NCBI GenBank assembly: GCA_024626585.2
Contig: JANKJI020000002.1
Coordinates: forward strand, 158,884,076 to 158,913,167
Reading direction: 5' to 3'
Source of the DNA: Ginkgo biloba
Lineage: Eukaryota; Plantae; Ginkgophyta
Length of the DNA stretch: 29,092 nt
Shown piece after piece: positions 10,387 to 20,470 of this stretch. The position numbers and the translations under genes were made by a program. How positions within the stretch are numbered: position 1 is the stretch's first letter; each line of letters starts with the position of its first letter. The notes beneath the pieces are model-generated. The model had not been told where the DNA came from, did not search any database, and worked only from the letters and a program-made list of their open reading frames with translations.

Positions 10387-11431
10387 GATGACACTCCTAC
10401 TGATCAGGAGGATTCTTCTCATGAGCTTACTGATGTAACTCAACTTATGGACGAATAATTATGATACCAATAGAAAAATGCAAAGGATTTTCAAACCAAT
10501 CTAGTCGACATCATGATGACCATGTTCTAACAAATCCTCGAAACTCACACGGTCCCAACGACCATTCCCATCAACACTCCTCAATTTAAACTCGACACTA
10601 AAATTAGCATCCCACACTTTGATTGCAACTAGGATGCTTCTCAATTGGACGCTTAGCTTCAGAGTCTTGAAGCTTATTGTCAAACACAACTGTTAATAAA
10701 TGCCCAGAAGATTATGGTAGAGGAAGTTTATATGGACAACCTAGACCTCACCTAGTGGAATGCCCATGTTCAATAACTACAAGCTAATCATCAACCACCT
10801 ATTCGTACATGGGGTCGCTTCAAGGAAGCCCTACGATCGCTCTTTTACCTCGTTGGGTACCACGACGACCTCCTTTCCCAATGGCTTCATCTCCGCTAAG
10901 AAGTTGGACAAATAGTTCAACAATACATCAATCGTTTCAACAAACTCTCCATACAACTCGCAATCCAAGAGGAGGATTCCACCATGCACATCAAGTTCAT
11001 TAGTGGACTGTTCTCTTACATCAAAAAGGAGTTGGACCTCTTGAGCATCACCTCCCTACAACATGCCTTGCAACTTGCTTTAAAAATTGAGGCCAAATTG
11101 CAGAAGAAACCTATTCGCTTTATACACCACTCAACCCCTCTCCTTCCTACACCACCCTCTAACCCTCTACGCCCTTTTCCCAACAACAACTTGCTCCAAA
11201 AGCACCTCACCAAGCTTGGCCTACTAACACCCCACCGTAAAAATATTGCTCTTTTCACAAAATCTACAGCCACTCTGATGAGGAATGTCAGGTCCAACAA
11301 AAACTAAAGCCCCAGACACTCATAATGGAACCCACCCCCCACGTCAAGTCACTATTGAGCTTATCATTGAAGTATCTGATCACTTACTCTTGATCCACAT
11401 CTACGACTCTAAAGCCCTTTTCACCCAACAC
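10387..11431 (+). pseudogene. Ty3/gypsy (CRM-like chromovirus) gag with zinc knuckle and start of protease region
   Basis: Frame 1 reads FKLDTKISIPHFD..LDA*LQSLEAY..LT*WN..IRTWGRFKEALRSLFY.VGY..QWLHLR*EVGQIVQQYINRFNKL..KFISGL..IKKELDLL..ALKIEAK. After a frameshift come KYCSFHKIYSHSDEEC (11241-11288) and ALFTQ just before the gap. Confidence 0.85.
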
Positions 11432-12694
11432 NNNNNNNNNNNNNNNNNNNNNNNNNNNNNNNNNNNNNNNNNNNNNNNNNNNNNNNNNNNNNNNNNNNNN
11501 NNNNNNNNNNNNNNNNNNNNNNNNNNNNNNNTCATCATTCAGTGGATGCAAATACCAGGTGTATTCTTTTTAGTTTACTATACTATTTATATTTGTGTGA
11601 TTTTCCTTGCATTGTATCCCAGTGAAATAATACAAAAAAATACAAAAAAAAATACACACTATTCAGAAATTCTATGTGTTGGAAATTCTGCTTTTTTGTT
11701 TTGGGAATTTGCATGTTAGTGTGTATTTTGGGCTAGGGGTTTTTACAACCAGAGTCTTCAAACACCTTTTCTGGTATTACCTATGGGATAAGCTTTTATG
11801 GGCTAGAAAATATTTTAGTTGGGGGTTTTCCCTCCTAGGTGATATGTCCCCGTGGTCTGTAACCTTTAGAGTAGGTTGGAAAGTGCTTCGGGTGGAGGTC
11901 TTAGCCCAAATTTGGAAGAAAAGAAATGAGGTTGTTCTTAGCATTAAGCTGGTCATTTGTATTTATAATGCTATTATATCTTGTATCCTTTCCAACTATG
12001 TTGTGCAGATCAAAGTCTAAGAGGAGAAGGTGCAACTGGATCTGCAACATTTGCTCGAGCTAATTGATCATTGCGGGTTGACTCCATGTAACACTAGTCG
12101 AGTTCCTCCTGAGCCATCCCCTCTTAGGTGCAGGGATTGCAGTCACAACAGAAACTGGGGCTCCCAGAATGCCATACCCCATAGCTCGCACTCCCATCCA
12201 CCCAGCGCGATGAACTCCCCTCAGCCTCCCCACTCTAGGGGAAAAATCCAGTGTGGATGGAAAGCAATCCTACTCTCCATCTTTCCATTTTTCCTTGCAC
12301 ACCTCCATAGNNNNNNNNNNNNNNNNNNNNNNNNNNNNNNNNNNNNNNNNNNNNNNNGGTGGAGTGATGGTGGTGATGTGGCTCTGACCATGTGACTTGG
12401 TTTATGGCTCTTGGATTCTCCCTGATGGACATTATCATGCAATGATTATTTTTTTTTATTGTCATAGTGCATTGCACCCATTGTGATGATGACCTACCAT
12501 GCAAGAGCGGGTATGCCTTTATGATGACCTATTTTGTTGTATGATGTAATCTTTTCCATCTTGTGAATAGAATAAAATATACTAATATTTTACAACAAAA
12601 AGTTGTTCTTTACCCATGTTTCGGTTAATTTTGGTCTACTGTCATCCATAGTGTTGGATAGGGATGATAGGTTTTGATTTGTTTGCGGATCTAC

Positions 12695-12810
12695 ACTTGC
12701 ATAAAGGTTGCAAATAAGATACTTGCATACATGTTGCAAATAAGATACTTTCATAAAGGTTGCAAGTAAGTCACTTGCATACAATTTGCAAGTGAAGTAA
12801 GTTGCAAGAG
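12695..12810. repeat. 26-bp tandem repeat x4 (plus a partial unit) of palindromic ACTTGCA-n6-TGCAA(A/G)T units
   Basis: Units start at 12695, 12721, 12747 and 12773: acttgcataaaggttgcaaataagat, acttgcatacatgttgcaaataagat, actttcataaaggttgcaagtaagtc, acttgcatacaatttgcaagtgaagt. Confidence 0.9.
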
Positions 12811-14130
12811 AGTTCTTGCCCATTGATGGAGAGCTGTCTACATCTAAGATGCAAGTGAATTCCCGTCAATTGAAGGAAAATTACCTACATGTTGAGAAAA
12901 TTTTCCATCACTGTATTAATTTTCAGATACATGTTTACATTTTTATTATTATGTGCATAGGGTGAAGGGGCTTGTCCCTCCTGTACTCACACTCCTTTGT
13001 TGTTGTTATGTGTCTGTGTCCCTGCAGGTCTGTGCAATTGCCTTTGAAGCCACTTTGTGCACTTTGTTCCTTCAATCATGGGTTATTCTCATTTGTAATA
13101 TTGCATTAGAGCCTTCCATTCATTTTTCATCTTACTTTGCTTTGTTTTTATTCCTTTATTTCACTTTTTTTCCTAATTCTAATTGCTAAACCCATGGCGA
13201 CTTTAGCTTTTGGTTTCATTGAGCCATGTGACCAAGTTTCCAACCCCTTTGTTTTATAATCTTGGCTAACTCCAACCCATAAGGTTGCATGAGAAATTTT
13301 TGAAAATATAAAAGGTTGGCAAAGACAAGGAGGGCAGGTTCGAATTTTTTAAAGGAGAGGAGAAGAACACAATAGAGACAAGAAAGAAGGAGAAGCAAAC
13401 TCAGGTGCCCTTGTCTCATTCTAGTCAACAATGTCTAATCCTCTATCTCTATAAGAGGTATACTCCTATATTTTATGAGTTTCTTGTTTCTATGCACTTA
13501 TGTTACTTCTTGTACTCTTGTATATTGCGCTAGATTCCTCATCAATTATACGATATTCCCATATTCATCTTTGCTATGGTTACCTCTATTCTTCTTTAAT
13601 GACATAGGGTTTTGCAAAATATAAAAATAAAAAATAAAAACAAAGTAATAAAATGGTCATCCCCTGTCATCACTTGGTCTTCTTTCCATCTGTGGAAGTC
13701 ATTCAACGTATGTTGCACTTCTCTATTGACAATTTATAGGTTGTAGAGATTTCTCTCAAAGTTGCATGACTTGAACAAACTACCCACAATCGCCCTCACT
13801 ACGTAATCTTTCTCTGTCCACGTTTTTCTTCTTCGTCCCAAACAAACATTATTCATCTTTATTCTCTATTTCTACATAAAAAAACTCAATAAAAATAATG
13901 ATTATGCCTTGATGATTGATCCTTGAGATGCCCTCTTTCAAATTCCAATCCGTTGATCAATGCCAACTGCATACATTCAACTGATCATTCATAGTCCTCC
14001 GCAGGCCCTTTTCTTTCAAAAATTTCTTAANNNNNNNNNNNNNNNNNNNNNNNNNNNNNNNNNNNNNNNNNNNNNNNNNNNNNNNNNNNNNNNNNNNNNN
14101 NNNNNNNNNNNNNNNNNNNNNNNNNNNNNN

Positions 14131-15065
14131 ATCCCCCTTTCAGGATGTTTGGTGATAAAATTGAAAGTTTCTAGTTGCTAACAAAGAAGTTGGATCTTGG
14201 CCACAATTATAACATTTTTGCCTTAACAAGAAAATAGGGAAATTTTTATCTGTGATTCCCTTGCATAATTCCATCCCTATTGACTTAAAACCCTATGAAT
14301 TTCCTTAGGATAGTATGTGTTCCATGTTGAGACTACTGGGGGGGACCAGATTGATATGCTAGTGTAGGGCGCCTCTGTGGGAGGCATTTTTGGACCCATT
14401 CGCTAAAATGTTTGGATTTTTTCCTAATAGGAACCATGAGGCCATGGGTCGGGTGTATTCCTATCTCATTCTACTGACTATAGATATAGGTTAGTGGTTC
14501 CTACTATAACCACTAGGGTATGGTCTATTGGTGTAGCCATACAGTCATGGATGTTGGTGTAGCCATGAGACTGGTAGGGGTTTCGGTCTAAGGTTATTGG
14601 TGTATTATTAGGACCTATGGATATTGGTGTAGTCCAAGGGTATAGGTTTATTAGTGGAACCCTAGGGTTTTGAAGCAAACCCATACTATCAGAAAGGAGG
14701 CTGGATGGTTTCCCCAAATGGGGAAATAGAATCCATGATGTTGAAGGCCTGACATCCTCTCCTAGTATGGATATGGAGGGGTGGGCTCTAGAATATTGGT
14801 AATAGTTTCTATGGGATGACACTGGCACTTATGTGCCATAGGTTTGACTACCCACATAGGAGATATCCATAAGCAGTCCATATGGCCAATCGGTAGTGTT
14901 AGAGAACATATTGCAATGATCTTTCCTAACATACCTTCCCTACTAACATTCTAACATTAACATAAAGAAATAATTATTATTTGAAGTGGTAGATGTTTTT
15001 TCACTTTACTTATGTAAGTTATTTATTATTTATTATTGTTGTTTCTAGGGAAGTGGGTTATTACA
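14131..15065. mobile_element. LTR fragment, family X copy 1 (ends ...GTGGGTTATTACA)
   Basis: Has a canonical TTACA terminus at 15065 and internal (a/g)ttggtgta repeats. The reverse complement of ~14500-15065 aligns with 22456-23064. The left boundary is uncertain. Confidence 0.65.
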
Positions 15066-15601
15066 TTGCCTCTGCTTAGCAACCTAATATAAGCTCTCTC
15101 TCCCAGTGAATATGTACAGAAACACTCAAGAAATTAGTTTGCCCAACCTCCATCATGTAGACAAAAATAGTTCCTATACTCAACGACATCCACCAAGAGG
15201 ATTCTTCAACCATTATAACACAATTAGACAATTAGAATTAATTCAACTTCTCCAGAGAAGAATAATGATAATGAAAGATGATCTTCAAGCCAAGAATCAC
15301 CTTTATAAATATAGTAGGAGAGGCACAAACCCCCACATAAGGCCTAACTTATCCTTAAATCTAACCCATAATCCAAGAGGCCCTTAGTGGTTAACTCTAC
15401 GGATGAAATCACATTGTATGTAGAGGCTCCCTTAATTAACACAGCCCCCTAAGTAATCTCATTTTACCTTTCTTCCTCAAAATAGCCTCTTGTGGAGAAC
15501 TAACCAATAAATGTAAAATGCATTCTCTTACCTCCAAATATACCTTTGTATCAGTACCAATTAACAAGGAAAAATTAACTTGACTTTTTTGGGTTGTAAT
15601 A
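15066..15601 (-). mobile_element. 3' LTR (partial) of the chromodomain-bearing gypsy element
   Basis: Begins T[G>A]TTACAACCC one base after the PPT on the minus strand. The distal end is unresolved and abuts the family X terminus. Confidence 0.5.
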
Positions 15602-15602
15602 A

Positions 15603-15615
15603 TTCTCCCCTCCCT
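15603..15615 (-). promoter_or_regulatory. Polypurine tract (PPT)
   Basis: The minus strand reads AGGGAGGGGAGAA between the chromodomain end and the LTR start. Confidence 0.75.
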
Positions 15616-15619
15616 AGGG

Positions 15620-16389
15620 AGATCATTGTCCCTAAGAGACTAGCCTCTCTACAAAAAGCTATAGACTCCCATGTAGCTTCTTCTAAAGGTTTATTTGGCC
15701 ATTCCACAAGATGTTCAACTATCCCTCTATTTTGTAGACTTTTAGATATCTCATCTAATATCCCTATTGGATCATTAAACTCTTGCTCCACTTCTTGCAC
15801 ATCAATATAAGTAGGTAGAGAATTATCATATTTTGACAAGGTCTTTTTCAAAAATATTACATGAAATATTGGGTGCATTTTAAGATGTGTTGGTAATTGT
15901 AATCTACAGGCTACCTCATTTACTTTATCCAAGACTTGGAATGGTCCACAATATCGAGGTGAAAGCTTTGAACACCTACCAATGAACAAAGAACTATTTG
16001 GCTTAACTCTAAGGTAAAATATATNNNNNNNNNNNNNNNNNNNNNNNNNNNNNNNNNNNNNNNNNNNNNNNNNNNNNNNNNNNNNNNNNNNNNNNNNNNN
16101 NNNNNNNNNNNNNNNNNNNNNNNNNNNTCAAGCATTTTCAATGATACTTGAGTTTTTCCTATAAAATTCTTTATATCTAGTTCAAGAGGAATAAGAGGAT
16201 CATAGCCATACATAGCTCTAAAGGGATTCATACCTGTAGCTGAATGTTTATTGTTGTTATATGTGAATTTAACAAAGGGGAGTTTCTCTTCCCAACTAGT
16301 CTACTTGGAGGCTACATGTGACCTCAACATATTCTCCACAATTTTATTTACCTGGTTTGTCCATCTGTTTGAGGGTGGTCACCACTACT
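15620..16389 (-). pseudogene. Chromovirus integrase (core C-terminal half, GPY/F motif) plus chromodomain
   Basis: Before the gap: SGDHPQTDGQT/VNKIVENMLR...WEEKLPFVKFTYNNNKHSATGMNPFRAMYGYDP. After the gap: KLSPRYCGPFQVLDKVNEVACRLQLP..MHPIFHV..LKK...PIGILD...EHLVEWPNKPLEEATWES. Confidence 0.9.
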
Positions 16390-16489
16390 NNNNNNNNNNN
16401 NNNNNNNNNNNNNNNNNNNNNNNNNNNNNNNNNNNNNNNNNNNNNNNNNNNNNNNNNNNNNNNNNNNNNNNNNNNNNNNNNNNNNNNNN

Positions 16490-16779
16490 TTTGGTTGGTA
16501 GCTATGGTGAAGCCCTCTAGGGGTTCCTCATGGCCAACAATGGAGGTATCTTGTCCTAGCCTTAGCAGTCCTACTTTGAAGTCTGTCTATGAGTCATCTT
16601 TGATGCATTGGGACTTGTGTACCTTTATGTTATTGCATTGTTTATATTAACTCATGTTACTATTGCAAAATGTTTGATTTATCCGCTGTGCTTAATTATA
16701 TGTACTTATGTTTGGTTGATGACGAATTATATGTCAAAGTACTAAGCAAAGTTGCAGGTTTAAAGTCGGATCTGTGACA
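16490..16779 (+). mobile_element. LTR 3'-end fragment (Tekay-like)
   Basis: Ends GTCGGATCTGTGACA, with a TCCGCT motif ~90 bp upstream in T-rich U5-like sequence. Confidence 0.45.
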
Positions 16780-17566
16780 ATATGCAAAAATTTGCCTTAT
16801 TTGATTGCAAAAATTTTAGAGACTTGTCTAGGGTAGTTTGGCTTCAGTAGGAGACCTACTAGGGGATTGGTGTCCTTGACTAAGGGCATCTTTGTATGAG
16901 GCCTTATTTTTTCCTTAGCATGCACATACTTGGGCCAACTAGCAGTGGGCTCATGGATACCCAATTGAGGACTGGGTTGGTGCTCAAGATTTACCTCTTT
17001 ACCAGTTCTATTGTAGCGATGGCATTTGTTGATTGTACTAGTAGGTTTTTGGTTCTAGGGTTTGTTGTTGCAGCCCTAGGGTTTGATGACCATACAAAAA
17101 ACTAATATAAATAAATAATTGCAAGTAGGGGTGGATGTCCTAGCTATTAGGACAATTTTGGTGCTAAAAAAGGGGTTGAAATAGACCTATGCTTGATACC
17201 CTTGCAAATGTTGGGTTAAGGGGTGGAGTCTTATAGATAAATAGATTCTAAGCTATAATAGTATGCATAGACTATTGTTGGAGGTTTGGTTATCAAAATA
17301 TTAATCCCTTTTAAGCAATCCCATTGGTCAACAAGAGGGGTTAGGATCATTGCATTCTGTCATTAATCTATCTTTTGCATTCTACAACCATAAATTAAAA
17401 TAAATAATTATCTACAATAGATGAGCACAATTACTACTTCATTTTTATGGTTGAAACTAACATTTTACCATTATAAGTTAGATGCCTTGCTTACATCTTC
17501 ATTTAGTTATGCATATTGCAGGCCTAAGTTATTCTATGATATAGGTTTAGAAGGTGGGATGTTATA
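16780..17566. mobile_element. LTR-like fragment ending ...AAGGTGGGATGTTATA, adjoining the LINE remnant
   Basis: The terminus is homologous to 3541-3626. Its reverse complement TATAACATCCCACCTTCTAAACCTATA also resembles the terminus at 28163. Confidence 0.45.
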
Positions 17567-18400
17567 GAAAATTAGAGAAACTCATTGAATTCTTCTAATG
17601 TAAGAAGGGAATCAACAACTTCAAGTGGGACATATAATGCTCTCCTACAATCAAGGGGATCTTGGAATTATTAATATCTTCAAATAAGGCATTGCTCTTC
17701 ATGCCAAAACAGTTGTTAAAGTTGTCAAAATTAATGAAGTTCAAAATGTTCTAATTGGAAATAACATTTTGATGAGAGATCCAAATAGGAAAAATGGGTG
17801 GGTCAACTTAGCCTTTTAAGTTTTAATTTTCAATCTTATGTATGGGCGACTTTTATATTCAATAACATTTGGAAGGGTTAGGGGGCTTGCAAGAAAATTA
17901 TGTCTAGAAAAGAATACATTCCAAAGAAAGAACTATCTTTAAATGAATATTCCATCTAGTGGTCTCTTATGTTTGTAGAGGATGGTGTTCCCTTGGTAAT
18001 AACCCCTGGTATAATGCTTTAATACTCTTTAAGAAATTCATAATGAAATATTCTAATATTTACAATCCTTCCAAAAGGGTGTGGATTTCCTAGAAAAAGG
18101 CAAGAAAAATTTTACACCATCTCCTTTTGACAAGAGAGCAATTGATGAGTTGAGTAGGAGTTGGGTATCCAACCTCTAATAGAATTATGGAAGGACTAAT
18201 GCTAGAATATTAAGTGAAACTTTATCAACCATTTTACTTCATGGACTTATTCTCTTCTCAATGTAGGAGACAATATTACATATAGGCTAACAATTATCAA
18301 AAAATGAGTAGCTTACCTTTTCTTTGCCATAGAAGGTTCTTGATATTGTTGAAGTTGTAATGAACCCGAACCATAGTCTATTCATATCTCATTCTTCTCT
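17567..18400 (+). mobile_element. L1-type LINE ORF2 remnant (post-RT region to zf-RVT)
   Basis: Reads KLEKLIEFF*..KWDI*CSP/QGDLGIINIFK*GIALHAK..NVLIGNNI..FIFNNIWKG*..SI*WSL..VWIS*, matching the plant L1 pattern F.W..V.W..C.PK..GGLGI..AL.AKW. C*SCNEPE...H at 18347 resembles the zf-RVT knuckle. Confidence 0.7.
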
Positions 18401-18645
18401 TTTACTTATCTCTCTCATTCCTTCTATATTTGTAAACCTCATGCATGGAGGACATATGTCACACATGCGAGNNNNNNNNNNNNNNNNNNNNNNNNNNNNN
18501 NNNNNNNNNNNNNNNNNNNNNNNNNNNNNNNNNNNNNNNNNNNNNNNNNNNNNNNNNNNNNNNNNNNNNNNTGTGACCACTACATAACTTAGGCATAACA
18601 TGAAACAAAGTTATGTATATTAAAATAGACATTAATATCTAATAG

Positions 18646-18940
18646 GAACAACTCCTGAAATTGGACACGAGACAACTTCGTGTACAAAAAACCATGCATG
18701 TTGTACATTAATAGAGGATTTCTCAGCATGAAAAATAGTTCAAGCATAAATATTTGAAACCCAAATCATGGGTATTGAATCATGATGGAAAAGGTATCAT
18801 GAAACCGGGAAAACTTAAAATTCGATGGTTGAGGCCTTTTTAGATTTTTCATGTTCAAAATAATGGAGTAGTTTAACTATGGAATCTTGATGGGTCATTA
18901 CAACCATGAATAACGAATGGATCTAAATTGAAATTATAGA
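18646..18940 (+). pseudogene. Athila/Tat-type integrase C-terminus
   Basis: Reads EQLLKLDTRQLR...KHKYLKPKSWVLNHDGKGIMKPGKLKIRWLRPF*IFHVQNNGVV*LWNLDG...TNGSKLKL. This fits the non-chromovirus consensus PGKL..RW.GPF...NG.V.L...DG...VNG.RLK. Confidence 0.75.
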
Positions 18941-20238
18941 GGTGGTTGTAAGTAGAATAGTTTGAGGTTCATTATGCCCAAGTGAAGGGCAAATTATACA
19001 CAACAAACTGGAATGCAGTAAATCTCCCAACAACCAGGCATGCATTACATGGCAGGGGTAGCTTGTTGAATGGCCTACTCGATGGCAAACAATATGGCCC
19101 ACACAATGACAAGCATATAGTACAGCAAATGGAGATCATACATCCCATCTAAGTTTTCTACAACATTTCCAAAGGATGAGGCCATCCATGTAGCAACTAA
19201 ATAGAATTGGGTAGATTTCAAAAATTCAATTCCTATTTCTCATAAGGGGATTGGTTGTGGAAGTCAGTATTTAGGTCTAGCAACTCAGGAGCAGAGTGAT
19301 ATTGATTATCAGATCTACTAATGATACAACTACTAAATCTTGATTGGTCCTCATCAGGGTTTTGAATCTCATTGGATTCAAATTGAATGATTGGCTTCTC
19401 AGTCCCATTTGAACCCATTTTCATGGTTATCCTTAGTGCATCCACTCACCCCACTACATATCATTTTAATAAGCGCCAAAAGAACATGAACCTTCATGGA
19501 AAATATAGAGAATAGCGTACAAAATAAGCCAAATAATGCCCCACACTTGACTAGTGCTATTGGAAAATTTAATATTAAAATTACTTTATCACATTTAGAG
19601 GTTGGAGTTTTCTTGCTCATCATGATCAAATTTCTTGGGCAGGTTTTGCATGCAACAAACATTATTTGTTTATAATCATGAATACATGCATTTGATAAAA
19701 TCCATCCATTCTTAACATTTGAGAATTTATGTTGTGTTTATTCCTTATTATCCTTTTAGCCGACAAGATCCACAATACACACACACACATATTAATTAGA
19801 CCCATGATAATATTCATTATTTTCCCTCATAAATATCACATGTTAATGTATAATTTGACGAATAACATTGACCATAATGTCTATAATACATAANNNNNNN
19901 NNNNNNNNNNNNNNNNNNNNNNNNNNNNNNNNNNNNNNNNNNNNNNNNNNNNNNNNNNNNNNNNNNNNNNNNNNNNNNNNNNNNNNNNNNNNNATAAATT
20001 CTCATTAATGTTGTCTAACATCATCAAATCATACAAAAAGTTGGTTTCCCTCATTAACTTTGTGTTGACCAGGTCAAACCCATATTTTTATGACTGCTAA
20101 CACATTTTTAGGTTCGACTAATGTCATCCTTCCGTATTTAAGGTTGGTTGATGCCATAATTAGGCCATACAACCCTATTTAAGTCAGTTATACATCATTT
20201 AATGTGTTGTACTTTCATAAGTGTGGTTGTTTTAGGGG

Positions 20239-20352
20239 TTTTGACCAATTGACTACAGTTTGACCACCTTTGACTTCAGTTTGATCACCTTAAATGTTGT
20301 TTGATTACTTTGATTATTGTTTTGACTGCCTTAACTGTTGTTTTGATCACTA
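20239..20352. repeat. Degenerate 20-21-bp tandem repeat (GTTTGAYCACCTT...)
   Basis: Units start at ~20238, 20258, 20279, 20299, 20319 and 20340. Confidence 0.7.
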
Positions 20353-20370
20353 CCACATCAAATTTCAATG

Positions 20371-20470
20371 CTGCTATGTCATCCTTTAGGCTGTCACATC
20401 ATCATTAAGGTTACCCTATCATACTTAAGGTTGCCACATCATCGCCAAGGTTGCCACGTCATCATTTGGA
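20371..20470. repeat. 20-bp tandem repeat x5, consensus TTGCCACRTCATCATTAAGG
   Basis: Units start at 20371, 20391, 20411, 20431 and 20451, in exact 20-bp phase. Confidence 0.85.

Noticed and set aside
12695-12810. CRISPR array
   Set aside because: The units are contiguous with no unique spacers, there are no cas genes, and the context is eukaryotic TE sequence. The same applies to 1992-2170 and 4069-4292.
17050-17090. Telomeric repeats (ctagggttt; also aaaccctaa at ~10030)
   Set aside because: These are isolated telo-box-like words common in plant LTRs and UTRs, not an array.
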